Of a DNA stretch of 64,000 nucleotides, positions 8,899-19,696 are shown one piece after another. Both the position numbers and the translations under genes were made by a program. The notes beneath the pieces were generated by a model that saw only the letters and a program-made list of their open reading frames with translations, ran no database searches and was not told where the DNA came from. This DNA comes from a virus. Within the stretch, counting starts at the first letter, position 1. Every line of letters begins with the position of its first letter. The DNA lies in the IMG/VR virus record IMGVR_UViG_3300027741_000030, positions 51,656 to 115,655 of that record; one strand, written 5' to 3'.

Positions 8899-10095
8899 AT
8901 GAGCACAGTTCCTAATCAACACGGATTGCATTTTCCAAACTACACGGATTCTCCAGACGTGCCTAAAGACCTGTCGCTACTAGCTAAAGATATTGCAGAT
9001 CTTATTGATGCTAACCCTGGACCGCAAGGTGAAGTTGGCCCAGCAAACTCTCTTGATGTAATTGCAACAAACACAATTACAGCAGGCCTAAATGCATCTG
9101 TAACAATTTCAGGAACAGCTCCATCACAACATTTAACGTTTAACATTCCCAAAGGACAAGATGGTGTGTTAGGTGGTCCAGGACCATCAAATGTTTTAAC
9201 AATAGGAACAGTAACTTCGGGAGCAACAGCAAGCGCATCAATTACTGGAACATCTCCATCTCAAATTTTAAATTTAATTTTACCGATAGGTCCCACAGGA
9301 TCAACTGGCGCAACAGGAGCGCAAGGAGCAAAAGGAGATGCAGCAGCAACTATAGCCGTAAACTCCACTACAACAGGAGCTGCAGGAACAAGTGCATCTG
9401 TAACAAATTCTGGAACATCAAGCAATGTTTTATTAAACTTTACAATTCCAAGAGGAGCAACTGGAGCAACTGGAGCAACTGGAGCGCAGGGTCCTACTGG
9501 AGTTGATGGAGCAACTCCAAGCATAGATCCAATATCATTAAGAATTGGTCTTATGTCACCAAATACATCCTCAACTGGAGTTAACTCAAACTGGTATCCA
9601 TTTTCTACAAACTTATATTCTTTAGGAAAAGATACATCTGATGGTGGACCAGCAAGATATTGGAAAGATATTTTTTCTAATGGAACAATAAGAGCAGCAT
9701 CTGTTATTGCAACAGGAAACATGTACATAAATACATCTACAGTAGTTACATCAGATGAAAATTTAAAAAATACAATAGCTCCATCTAATCTAGGTCTTAA
9801 TTTTATTAACTTGTTAAATCCAGTAAGCTACAAGTTTAATGTTGGCGGAATAAATTATTCAGTAGATGAAGATGGCAATCAAGTTGAGACTGCAGTTCCA
9901 GGTAATAGAACTCATTATGGCCTTATAGCTCAGGAAGTTAAAGAATCTCTAGACAGTTTAAATATTGAAGATTTTGGCGGATGGGTTCAAAAAGAAGATA
10001 AAACTCAAGCTTTGAGATATGAAGAATTTATAGCGCCATTAATTAAAGCAGTACAAGAACTTTCAGCGAGAGTACAAGCTTTAGAAGAAAAGTAG
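8899..10095 (+). CDS. Collagen-like tail fibre with C-terminal intramolecular chaperone (peptidase S74-like)
   Basis: G-X-Y runs (GATGATGATGAQGPTG); SDENLKxxI...GLIAQEV...LRYEEFIAPLIKAVQEL. Extended -10 TGGTATAAT at 8884. Confidence 0.8.
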   Translation: MSTVPNQHGLHFPNYTDSPDVPKDLSLLAKDIADLIDANPGPQGEVGPANSLDVIATNTITAGLNASVTISGTAPSQHLTFNIPKGQDGVLGGPGPSNVLTIGTVTSGATASASITGTSPSQILNLILPIGPTGSTGATGAQGAKGDAAATIAVNSTTTGAAGTSASVTNSGTSSNVLLNFTIPRGATGATGATGAQGPTGVDGATPSIDPISLRIGLMSPNTSSTGVNSNWYPFSTNLYSLGKDTSDGGPARYWKDIFSNGTIRAASVIATGNMYINTSTVVTSDENLKNTIAPSNLGLNFINLLNPVSYKFNVGGINYSVDEDGNQVETAVPGNRTHYGLIAQEVKESLDSLNIEDFGGWVQKEDKTQALRYEEFIAPLIKAVQELSARVQALEEK

Positions 10096-10101
10096 GTAAA
10101 G

Positions 10102-11907
10102 ATGTCATATAAGAATGCGGTCTTAAATGATCATCCAAATTCATTTTACCTTTTAGACGAAGTAAGATCTGGAACAGTAGGATCATACTCTGGAATTATT
10201 TCTCAGTTTGCAACATATCAAGATTTAAAAGATAGCGGTATTACATATTCTGCATTAAGCGGATTACCAATTATCGACTATTCAGGAAACATAAATAATG
10301 GATATGCAATAAGCACATCAAGCAAAGAACTTATGCCATTAGTGCCAGGAAGCATAAGAGGCACACAAGTTCTTGAGCAAACAATAGTTGCATTTAGTCC
10401 AAAAGGAATAGCAACAAAATATTTTAACGATAATTCTTTTAGCATAGAGGCCTGGGCAGTTTTGCCAAGCTATGATGTAGACGCTACAATTGTCGCAGAC
10501 CCAGACCTGGGAATTGGAATATTTTATGAAAACGGAAACATAGTATTTAAAGTAGGAGATATACAGACTAGCTATACCGTATCAAATTCAAGATCAAAAT
10601 ATATTGTTGCATTATTTGAAAACAGATCTATATCCCTTTATATTGATGGTGTAATTGTTGATAAGCAACCAACCAACAATTATAAATTTACAAATGAATA
10701 TATTAATTTTATAAGCAGCACATCAGAGGAACAGCTGGTTATAGACTCTGTAGCGTTTTATAAATTTGCCCTTTCTCAATCTCAAATAAACAATCATTAT
10801 AATGAAGGCATAAAAGAAATAAAGTACTCTCAAATAGTAAATCTTGATAACGGATATTTGTTTAGCATGAATGTAGAGCCAATTAAACCAAAATTTAAAT
10901 ACTCTTATCCAGAATCAAAATCATGGAGAGAGATTTATGGAGATAATGTGTCTATAGCAGATGACGGATCATACCTTTATTTTAAAAAAACTTTAGACTC
11001 TGCAACCTCAGAATTTTCTTTTATAGATTCTTTTATTGTTCCAAATTATTTAAACTTAACAACATCTCAAATTTATTGGGAATATGATGTTGACGGAATA
11101 TCAGTAGAAGTCAGCACCAACGGATCTAACTGGCAAGAATGCCAAAATGGAAACCCATTGCCATATTTTAATAAAAATGAAAATCTGTTTTCAGATTTGC
11201 TTTATTTGAGAGTTACAATTTCATCAGCTGATACAACAAAATATTTGCCAATATTAAAAAGCTTAGAAATTTTGTTCTTTAGTTCAAAAAATTTTTACAG
11301 CGATAACTCAGGCTACTATTTATCTTCAGACTATGACTATTCACTTCCTAAAAAAAATAATAGAATTTTAGCATACGATAAAAATAATGGTTTACGCATG
11401 TACAGCGGCCATGGATTTTATTTAAATAATGTGCCCTCAATTAAAACAGTTGAAATGATATTTACTCCAAGATATTCAGAAAACGTTCTTGTTTCTGCTA
11501 CGTCAAAAATATACGAGTGGAACCAGGCTGGAACTATAACAAAGTCAGGAATTGCCTCAATATATGTAAATGGTATAGATCAAACAAACAGTACAAATAT
11601 ATGGGATTTTATATCTCCAGATTTGCCACATCATGTGGTTATAACATTTTCTTCTCAGGCCACAAATCTTAAATTTAATCAAAATCAATCAGATTCCAAG
11701 TCTGGTTTAGGACACATGTATAACAATCTTGCTATATACCCAGACGAGCTTGGGGAATATAATACATTAAATCATTATACGCTTTATACAAATAGAATAG
11801 TAAATTCAATTAACGACACCTCATTAACAATATCAGAAAGCACATCAGGTAACGATTCTACGTCTGTCAGATTGATTTTAATACAGCCAGAAGCCATAAG
11901 TATATAA
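10102..11907 (+). CDS. LamG/concanavalin-like domain virion protein
   Basis: FSIEAW...ISLYIDG...IDSVAFYKFALSQSQINNHY pattern; located among structural genes. Confidence 0.6.
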   Translation: MSYKNAVLNDHPNSFYLLDEVRSGTVGSYSGIISQFATYQDLKDSGITYSALSGLPIIDYSGNINNGYAISTSSKELMPLVPGSIRGTQVLEQTIVAFSPKGIATKYFNDNSFSIEAWAVLPSYDVDATIVADPDLGIGIFYENGNIVFKVGDIQTSYTVSNSRSKYIVALFENRSISLYIDGVIVDKQPTNNYKFTNEYINFISSTSEEQLVIDSVAFYKFALSQSQINNHYNEGIKEIKYSQIVNLDNGYLFSMNVEPIKPKFKYSYPESKSWREIYGDNVSIADDGSYLYFKKTLDSATSEFSFIDSFIVPNYLNLTTSQIYWEYDVDGISVEVSTNGSNWQECQNGNPLPYFNKNENLFSDLLYLRVTISSADTTKYLPILKSLEILFFSSKNFYSDNSGYYLSSDYDYSLPKKNNRILAYDKNNGLRMYSGHGFYLNNVPSIKTVEMIFTPRYSENVLVSATSKIYEWNQAGTITKSGIASIYVNGIDQTNSTNIWDFISPDLPHHVVITFSSQATNLKFNQNQSDSKSGLGHMYNNLAIYPDELGEYNTLNHYTLYTNRIVNSINDTSLTISESTSGNDSTSVRLILIQPEAISI

Positions 11908-11969
11908 ATTTGTCACAAGCTCAGACAAAATCTGGACTTTAGCTACAACTAATGGTATGATTATGGTCT

Positions 11970-12308
11970 ATGGATATCTTAAACAAAAATACTAAAATTA
12001 TTGAAGAAACCACCCTAGGGATATATGTGTGGGAAATGCCTGACGGCAGATGGATTGGAGACGACGATGGCAACTTTCTTTCGATCACGTCCAAAAAAGG
12101 TAATAGATCCAGAATCGATGCTTTGGCTAGAGAAGTTCGCTCGTTTGGTATATATGAGGGCAATCCCAAGTTCCTTTCAGGGCGTAGAAAAATTGACGAC
12201 GAAGAGTTTGAGCATCAAAACGAAAGACTCAAGTGGGGACTCACACCAGATCCTTTAGATATTGGTGTTTACAAAGACGCAATGCTTAGGGATGGTAAGG
12301 TTCAATGA
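11970..12308 (+). CDS. Hypothetical protein coupled to the portal gene
   Basis: ATGA overlap with portal; extended -10 TGGTATGAT at about 11953. Confidence 0.6.
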   Translation: MDILNKNTKIIEETTLGIYVWEMPDGRWIGDDDGNFLSITSKKGNRSRIDALAREVRSFGIYEGNPKFLSGRRKIDDEEFEHQNERLKWGLTPDPLDIGVYKDAMLRDGKVQ

Positions 12309-13891
12309 GAGCTGAATATATTGAAGATGATGAAACCTCATCAAATACTATAGATATTTCAAACAGTGCAGATTGGTTTCATTTTCAAAAATCTGAAGAG
12401 CATGACGACCCATTTAAAATTAGTCTAGATGAAATTAAAAAGCTTCGTGGCCTAGGCACCAACTTTAAAAGAAAAATAAACCGTGACTTCTCAAAAGCCT
12501 TTGTTGGAAAAGAAGGGGTAGCAACACAACAAAATTTATTGCAGCAGGCAATCAGCGGATATGCATTATTTGATTTAGTTGAGCCAACCTACAATCTTGA
12601 ATATCTTTCAAAAATATATGAAATATCAACATATAACTATGCAGCAATTAATGCAAAGGTTTCAAATATTGTTGGATTAGGATATACGTTTGCAGAAACA
12701 CCTAAAGCAAAAGATGCAATGGATCAGATTACTGATGACAAACAGCTTGAAAGAGCTCGTACAAAAATAAATAGAATTAAGAATGGCTTAGATCAATGGC
12801 TTGATGATTGTAACGAAGAAGAGTCATTTACAGAAACCCTTATAAAGGCTTACACAGACCTTGAGGCCACAGGAAACGGGTACATTGAGATAGGACGTAC
12901 AACGGGTGGAGATATAGGCTACATCGGTCATATACCAGCTAAAACAATGCGTGTGCGTAGATTCCGTGACGGCTTTATTCAATTGCTTTATGGCAAGGCT
13001 GTATTCTTCCGTAACTTTGGAGACCTAGAAACGCCTAGCCCGATTGCTGGCCAAGAAGACAGACCAAATGAGATTATTCATTTAAAGAAATATACACCAA
13101 TGAATAACTATTATGGTGTTCCAGATATTATTGCAGCACAGCAAGCTTTAGCAGGAAATGAATTTGCAGGAAGATATAACCTTGATTACTTTGAAAACAA
13201 AGCGGTTCCAAGATATATTATTACAGTTAAGGGAGCAAAGCTTTCTCCAGAGTCAGAAAGAAAATTACTTGAGTTTTTTCAGGTCGGCTTAAAAGGAAAG
13301 AATCACAGATCTCTTTACATTCCACTTCCAGCGGATACACCAGACTCAAAGACTGAATTTAAGATGGAGCCAATTGAGGCGGGAGAGCAAGAGTCCTCAT
13401 TTAACATCTATCGTAAAACAAATAGAGATGAAATCCTTTTAGCTCATCGTGTTCCTATTAATAAAATTGGAACTCCTGAAGGTGTTAATTTAGCTGTAGC
13501 AAGAGATGCGGACAAGACATTTAAAGAGCAGGTTTGTCGTCCAGCACAAGATAGACTAGAAAAGAAATTAAACTATTTAATTGCAGAAAAAACAGATGTT
13601 GTCGAATTAAAGTTTAATGAGCTAAGCCTTACAGACGAAATAACTCAAAGCCAGATAGATGAGATTTATTTAAGAATGCAGGTTATTACTCCTAACGAAG
13701 TAAGAATTAGAAAAAATATGATTCCTAGAGATGGTGGAGATGAAGTCGTTGAATTAAAACCTCAGCAGGCGGCAGACCAACAGGCCAAATCTACTGGAAA
13801 TAAAACTAGAGACCAACAAAGAGCTTCAAATGCCCCAGATAAAAATGGGGAAGGTAGAAATGCCAAGGGAGATGGTCCAAAAGTCAAATAA
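12305..13891 (+). CDS. Portal protein
   Basis: DLEATGNGYIE, EIIHLKKYTPMNNYYGVP, YFENKAVP, RDEILLAHRVP, ITPNEVR. Confidence 0.9.
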   Translation: MRAEYIEDDETSSNTIDISNSADWFHFQKSEEHDDPFKISLDEIKKLRGLGTNFKRKINRDFSKAFVGKEGVATQQNLLQQAISGYALFDLVEPTYNLEYLSKIYEISTYNYAAINAKVSNIVGLGYTFAETPKAKDAMDQITDDKQLERARTKINRIKNGLDQWLDDCNEEESFTETLIKAYTDLEATGNGYIEIGRTTGGDIGYIGHIPAKTMRVRRFRDGFIQLLYGKAVFFRNFGDLETPSPIAGQEDRPNEIIHLKKYTPMNNYYGVPDIIAAQQALAGNEFAGRYNLDYFENKAVPRYIITVKGAKLSPESERKLLEFFQVGLKGKNHRSLYIPLPADTPDSKTEFKMEPIEAGEQESSFNIYRKTNRDEILLAHRVPINKIGTPEGVNLAVARDADKTFKEQVCRPAQDRLEKKLNYLIAEKTDVVELKFNELSLTDEITQSQIDEIYLRMQVITPNEVRIRKNMIPRDGGDEVVELKPQQAADQQAKSTGNKTRDQQRASNAPDKNGEGRNAKGDGPKVK

Positions 13892-13908
13892 GTTTAATCG
13901 ACTGTTAT

Positions 13909-13937
13909 TTGCTTTATATGATATAAGACTATAAAAT
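13909..13937 (+). promoter_or_regulatory. Promoter for head genes
   Basis: TTGCTT-N17-TAAAAT, same pattern as 19578-19606. Confidence 0.55.
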
Positions 13938-13944
13938 TAAGCAT

Positions 13945-15300
13945 ATGAACATCGAAAAGTCGCATTGGTCCAGCGATGGAGAAAACCTCCATCTCTCAGT
14001 TCCATTTACAAAAGTTAATCGTGAGACCAGAACCGTGTCTGGTTTTGCTACGCTAGATAATGTTGATCAAACAGGTGACGTTGTAACTGCAGAAGCAAGT
14101 CTAAAAGCATTTGAAAATTTTAGAGGAAATCTTCGTGAGATGCACCAGTCAATTGCAGTTGGTAAAGTAGTTTCATTTAAGCCTGAAACATACTACGATC
14201 AAAAGTCTCAAACATTTTATAATGGAGTTTACGTAACATCTTACATTTCAAAGGGTGCACAAGATACTTGGGAAAAAGTTCTTGACGGCACTCTTTCTGG
14301 TTTTTCAATCGGCGGAAAAATTAAAGAGTCAGACAATGAAGTTAACAAAGCTACAGGTGAAGCAGTAAGATTTATTAAAGATTATGATTTAGTAGAACTT
14401 TCAATTGTAGATTCGCCAGCAAACGAACTATGTAATATCTTTTCAATTGAAAAGGTTGGCGGAAAAATGGTTTATAAAGGTTTAGCAACTCAAGTTGTTA
14501 CAGAAAATATTTTTTATTGCGAAGAAAGCGATTCTGTATTTATGTCTACAGAAAAAACTTTTGAATCACCAGTATCAGGAAAACCAGCCACGCTAATTGG
14601 TTGGGTAGAAAGTTCTGATATTAATAAATCAAAAGAAATAAATAAAATTCTTGCTTCATTTAAGAAGTCAAGATTACCGTTGCCTGAAACACAATTAGCA
14701 AAACAGGCAAACGTAGAAGGAGGTAATAAAATGTCACATCATGATGAGAATGTTGTAGATGCTCCAGTAGCAGAAGCAGCAATCGTTGAAGAGACACCAG
14801 TTGCAGAAGCAGTAGAAGCTCCAGCAGCAGATGAATCAAACGTCAATCTTTTTGACAAGTCATTAGAAACTACTGATGTAGTTGCTGATGAAACCTCTGC
14901 CGACAACGTTGAAAAAGCAGCCGATACAGTAGAAGTTATGGTTGATGAACCTGATTTTGCAAAGATGTTAGGCGATCTAAAAGGCTTTTTCGCAGACACA
15001 CTCACAAAAGCTACAGAAGCTAATGCTGCACAAGTTACAGAAATTAAAACATCTGTAGAAGCTTTCAGCAAGAGCGTTGACGATAGAATTTTTGAGTTGG
15101 CAGAAAAGCACAGCGCACTTAGTGATGCTGTTGCAGAAATAAAGGGCACCATCGATGGTGTTCAAAAGCGTGTAGATGCCGTAGAAGGCGAAACCGCAAT
15201 TAAGAAGTCCTCTGACCTTGGCGGGTCTGAGGTTTTTACTAAATCAAAATCAAAATGGTCTGGAGCTTTCCTCGGTTCCGTAAATGAAATCTTTAACTAA
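13945..15300 (+). CDS. Prohead protease (HK97-type) with C-terminal scaffold-like region
   Basis: VSGFATLDNVDQTGD, LREMH, LSGFSIGG, ELSIVDSPAN; acidic coiled-coil C-terminus. Confidence 0.85.
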   Translation: MNIEKSHWSSDGENLHLSVPFTKVNRETRTVSGFATLDNVDQTGDVVTAEASLKAFENFRGNLREMHQSIAVGKVVSFKPETYYDQKSQTFYNGVYVTSYISKGAQDTWEKVLDGTLSGFSIGGKIKESDNEVNKATGEAVRFIKDYDLVELSIVDSPANELCNIFSIEKVGGKMVYKGLATQVVTENIFYCEESDSVFMSTEKTFESPVSGKPATLIGWVESSDINKSKEINKILASFKKSRLPLPETQLAKQANVEGGNKMSHHDENVVDAPVAEAAIVEETPVAEAVEAPAADESNVNLFDKSLETTDVVADETSADNVEKAADTVEVMVDEPDFAKMLGDLKGFFADTLTKATEANAAQVTEIKTSVEAFSKSVDDRIFELAEKHSALSDAVAEIKGTIDGVQKRVDAVEGETAIKKSSDLGGSEVFTKSKSKWSGAFLGSVNEIFN

Positions 15301-15321
15301 AATAAGGTAGGTGAAATAAAA

Positions 15322-16371
15322 ATGAGTAATGAATTATTAGAAAAGGCCGCAGCAGCAGGTACAACAGTATCAACTGGCTTTGGCTCAACAACTGGTGGTT
15401 CAGGCGTACACGTTGCTTCAGAAAATGGCAACGGTGGACTTCTAAACCCAGAACAATCAGCACGATTCTTGGACTATATGTTCGATGCTACCGTAATTGG
15501 TAAAGTTGCACGTACTGTCCGAATGAAAGCTGACACAACAGAGATTGATCGTATGTCTATTGGTGAGAAGCTTGTAAAGCTTGCATCAGAAGGCGAGAAC
15601 ACAGCTGCTAACAGCGGTGTAACTTTCTCAAAAATCTCTCTTACAACAAGAAAACTTCGCATGGATTGGGAACTTTCAACAGAGTCTCTAGAAGACAACA
15701 TTGAAGGTGCTGATCTTGAAGATCACATTGCCAGAATGATGGCAACACAGGCAGGTAACGACATTGAAGATGTTATCCTAAACGGAGATACATCACTTTC
15801 AAGCGATGCTCTTTACAAGTCATTTGACGGTGCAGTTAAGAAGGCAAAGACATACGGTCACGTAGTTGATGCAGCAGGTGCGGGAATTTCTCGTGCAGTA
15901 TTTAACTCAGCACTTAAGGCACTCCCACGTAAGTACAAGCAGCGTCGTACAGACCTTCGCTTCCTTTCAGGATCAAACTTGATCCAAGATTACCTATACT
16001 CTAACTCACAGAACATTCAGAACGTTACTCCACAGGATATTGCTTCAGGCATCATCCGTGGTGATGTTCCAGTTCTTGGTGGTCCAGCAGGATATGTAGC
16101 TCCATACGCATTTGGTATTCCAATCGTTGAAGTTCCATTGCTTCCTGAGACACAGACAGGTACATATTCAAGCCCATCAGGTTCACATGGAGATATCCAC
16201 TTGACATTCCCAAATAACGTTGTTATTGGTATCAAGCGTGATGTAACTGTTTACCGTTTCTTCTGGCCACGTAAAGACTCAATTGAGTACACAATGTACA
16301 CAAGAGTTGGCGTACAGATTGAACAAGCTGATGCTTGGGTAGTCGTAAAGAACGTTAAGGTTGCTTCTTAA
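15322..16371 (+). CDS. Major capsid protein
   Basis: GGLLNPEQS...ELSTESLEDNIEG...NGD; follows the protease; biased codon usage; followed by a terminator. Confidence 0.9.
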   Translation: MSNELLEKAAAAGTTVSTGFGSTTGGSGVHVASENGNGGLLNPEQSARFLDYMFDATVIGKVARTVRMKADTTEIDRMSIGEKLVKLASEGENTAANSGVTFSKISLTTRKLRMDWELSTESLEDNIEGADLEDHIARMMATQAGNDIEDVILNGDTSLSSDALYKSFDGAVKKAKTYGHVVDAAGAGISRAVFNSALKALPRKYKQRRTDLRFLSGSNLIQDYLYSNSQNIQNVTPQDIASGIIRGDVPVLGGPAGYVAPYAFGIPIVEVPLLPETQTGTYSSPSGSHGDIHLTFPNNVVIGIKRDVTVYRFFWPRKDSIEYTMYTRVGVQIEQADAWVVVKNVKVAS

Positions 16372-16393
16372 TTAAATAAGAATTAACTACCGA

Positions 16394-16428
16394 AAGGCCC
16401 CCAATTAAATTTGGGGGCTTTTCATTTT
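16394..16428 (+). terminator. Rho-independent terminator
   Basis: GCCCCCAA/TTGGGGGC stem followed by TTTTCATTTT. Confidence 0.85.
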
Positions 16429-16476
16429 AATTTAACAATGCTATAATTAAAGCACCTAGAAAGAGGAGAACTAAAT

Positions 16477-16869
16477 ATGTCATTTGACACATTAACAGTA
16501 GCTGAATTAAAGGAAATTGCAACCGAGTTTGCTGTAGACACAGAAGGTCTAAAAAATAAAAAAGACGTAATTGCTGCAATGGCAGAAGAAGGTGTAACAT
16601 ATTCCGTATATGCAAAAACACTAGAAGCAGTAGAAGCAGCAACAGAAGAAATTGAAGTTTTACCAAAATTTGACCCAAAAAATCAACCAGAGGATACAGT
16701 TTTGGTACGCATGACAAGAGCAAATTACAGATATGATGCTCATGGATATACGTTTACAGACAAACATCCATTTGTAGCAATGTCAGAAGAAGACGCTCAA
16801 TTAATCTTTGATACAGAGGAGGGTTTTCGTTTAGCGACACCAAAGGAAGTTCAAGACTTCTATAACTAA
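16477..16869 (+). CDS. Head-associated protein with N-terminal HeH/Rho-N-like motif
   Basis: LTVAELKEIA...KKDVIAA; AGGAG SD; extended -10 TGCTATAAT at 16439. Confidence 0.55.
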   Translation: MSFDTLTVAELKEIATEFAVDTEGLKNKKDVIAAMAEEGVTYSVYAKTLEAVEAATEEIEVLPKFDPKNQPEDTVLVRMTRANYRYDAHGYTFTDKHPFVAMSEEDAQLIFDTEEGFRLATPKEVQDFYN

Positions 16870-16885
16870 ACGTTAACATAAGTTA

Positions 16886-17863
16886 ATGGAGATATTAGTA
16901 GGCACCAATTCACCAATTACTCATAGAATTTTTTGGAAAGGCGAAACTGTCGATGCCGACTCTTTGCCTATAGTAAAGATTTATGACATCACAGAAGATC
17001 CTGCTGTCACACCCGCAATAAACCCTGGAACTTTAATAACAACCATAACATCAGAAAAAAGAGAAACTGATGATGGTGTTTATGTTGCATATCTTCCTCT
17101 TGAATTAACAGATAGAGACAAGCAGCTAAAGGTTGTATGGGAATATGTAGTAGACGGAAGCCCAGTTAGAAAAGAGCATAAGCTTTTTGTTCAAACTCCA
17201 TATACTGATTTGACTCAAGCTGCAGAAGTTTTAGGGGTTGGAGCAGATTATTCTGACCCTAATAACAAAACATTCTTTGATTTATTAGAGGCAGAAAAAT
17301 ATGCTAGAAAATTAATTGAAAATTATACACAGCAACAATTTTATTTGTATGATGATGTTACTGTGGTATATGGAGCTGGAACAGATATTTTGCCGCTCCC
17401 ATATAAACTTTCTGAGTTGCATGAATTACATTCAAATGATATTTTGCTTGTAGATAATATTAACAATATCAATAACTTAGGTTATGATATAGTAGTTTCA
17501 GAAAGCGGATTTGGAATAAGAATTAATCGTGCTAATATGCTTGACAATACTGTATATGTTGCAAATGGTATGGTTCCTCCAACAATTAATGATTATGCAG
17601 GAGTTTTTGCTAAAGATGTTACCTACAGAGTTTCTGGCAAATTTGGATGGTCTGAAATTCCAGATGAAGTAGATCTTGCATGTATAGAATTAATGAAAGA
17701 TTATTTCTCTAAAGATAAAGTTTGGAGAAATAAATACATTAAAAACATCTCCACGTTTGACTGGAAATTTGAATACGATTCAACAACATTTTCTGGAACT
17801 GGAAACAATTATGTAGATCAACTACTTCTTCCATACGTTTTAAATAAGATGGTTGTTATTTAA
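16886..17863 (+). CDS. Head-tail adaptor
   Basis: ARKLIENYT...GKFGWSEIPDEVDLACIEL; synteny. Confidence 0.65.
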   Translation: MEILVGTNSPITHRIFWKGETVDADSLPIVKIYDITEDPAVTPAINPGTLITTITSEKRETDDGVYVAYLPLELTDRDKQLKVVWEYVVDGSPVRKEHKLFVQTPYTDLTQAAEVLGVGADYSDPNNKTFFDLLEAEKYARKLIENYTQQQFYLYDDVTVVYGAGTDILPLPYKLSELHELHSNDILLVDNINNINNLGYDIVVSESGFGIRINRANMLDNTVYVANGMVPPTINDYAGVFAKDVTYRVSGKFGWSEIPDEVDLACIELMKDYFSKDKVWRNKYIKNISTFDWKFEYDSTTFSGTGNNYVDQLLLPYVLNKMVVI

Positions 17864-17864
17864 T

Positions 17865-18293
17865 ATGAGCAGTATAGTAGACTCCCTTATGCCAATGGAG
17901 GCTGACATATATGTTCAAGAAGATGAACAAGATCCAGACACGGGAGCAATTAAAAAAAACTGGAACTACTCTAGAACTATAGCATGTTCAGCAAAAGGAA
18001 TAATATCAAATTCTGGCACAGCAAGATCTGGAGATAAACAAAATTTTTCAAATAGATATGCCAATGAACAAACAATTGAAATTAGAACAAATCTTCAAAT
18101 TAACTATAGAGAAAAAATTAGCAATATTAGGGATATTCAAGGAAATGTAATTTGGAAAGAATTAAACTATCCGACAGAAACTCCAACTGTTTTTGAAGTA
18201 TTTAGTTCAACACCAATAACCGATCCTTTTGGAAATATTCTTGCATATAATTCTATTGCAAAAAGATCGGAAAATCAAGAAATTGGACTCTAG
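17865..18293 (+). CDS. Head closure/stopper protein
   Basis: Synteny; QDPDTGAIKKNW; ATG at 17865 preferred over TTG at 17853. Confidence 0.55.
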   Translation: MSSIVDSLMPMEADIYVQEDEQDPDTGAIKKNWNYSRTIACSAKGIISNSGTARSGDKQNFSNRYANEQTIEIRTNLQINYREKISNIRDIQGNVIWKELNYPTETPTVFEVFSSTPITDPFGNILAYNSIAKRSENQEIGL

Positions 18294-19071
18294 CGTAGCC
18301 TTAATTCAAACTGCAAGCGGACTAGAAAGACTTATGGCTGGATCAGTTCCAGGAGTTCTTAAAGATAGTACTGTGGCGCAAGTGTCAGCTTTTTTATATT
18401 ATGAAGCATCGGTTTTATCAAAGCTTACAACAAATGATGCATTTAAGAAATTGTTTAAGACAACAGTCTTTAATCAAATAGAAAAAGATTTTTCAGAGTA
18501 TTTAGATTCGCAAGCAAGAATAAAACAAAAATCTTTGCAGCATGTTTATGAGTGGAATAAGGCTGGAAATCCAGCAGCTAGATTATTTAAGTTAAACAGG
18601 TTAGACACAGAAGGCCTTTCGTTTAGAATTAATTATGATTTTAAATTATCAAAATCAACAGTTCCTTCAACTAATAAGCTACAAAAGAAAAAATATGTAT
18701 TTGCAAACAAAGCCTCAATTATGGAATCTGGTATGCCAGTAGTTATAAGGCCAAGATCTGCAGAAAGACTTGTTTTTGAATTAGATGGAGAAACTGTATT
18801 TATGCCAAAAGGAACTTCAGTAACAGTAAAAAGACCTGGTGGCACAGCATCAACAAACCAATTTGCATTAGCCTACGGTAGATTTTTTGGCGGACCACTA
18901 GTTAATTCATCTATTAAATCTTCAGGCCTACAAAGAATATTTAACTCTAAAATGGCGGCAACCCTAGATGTTCCAATGAATATAAAGAAAGTGCAATATA
19001 TCTTTAGCCCTGGTAAAATAAGATTACAAGCAGATGCAGCATTAGAAAGATCATTTGGAGGCTCACTATGA
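18283..19071 (+). CDS. Neck/tail completion-type protein
   Basis: Synteny between stopper and terminator; likely TTG start at 18283 (ORF track starts at 18229). Confidence 0.5.
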   Translation: MDSSVALIQTASGLERLMAGSVPGVLKDSTVAQVSAFLYYEASVLSKLTTNDAFKKLFKTTVFNQIEKDFSEYLDSQARIKQKSLQHVYEWNKAGNPAARLFKLNRLDTEGLSFRINYDFKLSKSTVPSTNKLQKKKYVFANKASIMESGMPVVIRPRSAERLVFELDGETVFMPKGTSVTVKRPGGTASTNQFALAYGRFFGGPLVNSSIKSSGLQRIFNSKMAATLDVPMNIKKVQYIFSPGKIRLQADAALERSFGGSL

Positions 19072-19577
19072 CAGTAGATTATAAGATAGACGCAATGTTT
19101 GAGCTCCGTAAATTTCTATGGAAAGAACTAAAGGCTACAGGAATTTTTGATAAAAACGACTATTATTCAGATAATCTAAACGCTGAAATTATTCCTATAA
19201 TTCCAGTTCAGCAGTCCCCAGAATTAGATCAATTCTTAAATGGTAAAAAGCATATAGTCTACGACAAGATTGGATTGTCATTTGAGGACATATGGCTACT
19301 GGCATGCGAAAAGGTTTTATTTACAATATATTCAACTGACATAACAGATATATATGAAATAAGAAACTTAATGATGGACCTATTCAGAAGAATGGACGAG
19401 TCCGCAAGAGATGTCAATAATAGCTCAGATTCAACTAAATTAATATTTCATAGCATACATGTTGTAGAGACATCACCCATCGAGCCTTCCTCTGAGCTAA
19501 AGGGCTTCTTGTCGGCAGATGTGATTTTAGAGGTAAAATACTCAAGAACAACAGATGGCAGAGGAAGATTTGATTAG
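19068..19577 (+). CDS. Tail terminator
   Basis: Immediately upstream of the major tail protein; 169 aa. Confidence 0.55.
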   Translation: MTVDYKIDAMFELRKFLWKELKATGIFDKNDYYSDNLNAEIIPIIPVQQSPELDQFLNGKKHIVYDKIGLSFEDIWLLACEKVLFTIYSTDITDIYEIRNLMMDLFRRMDESARDVNNSSDSTKLIFHSIHVVETSPIEPSSELKGFLSADVILEVKYSRTTDGRGRFD

Positions 19578-19606
19578 TTGCTTTTAGTCAACTTATCCAG
19601 TAAAAT
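19578..19606 (+). promoter_or_regulatory. Promoter for major tail protein
   Basis: TTGCTT-N17-TAAAAT. Confidence 0.55.
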
Positions 19607-19696
19607 TGAACTTGAGGTAAAAAGCCTAGCCAGCTTTGATTAGATTTAAAATGTAAGTCAATATATATATATTTATTTAACAGGAGGTTTTACAAC

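Noticed and set aside
8899-10095. Collagen-like fibre as the main substrate of the prolyl hydroxylases
   Set aside because: Its triplets are mostly GAT/GPT/GAQ with Pro in the X position rather than the Y position; not excluded, but weaker than the APPG repeat.
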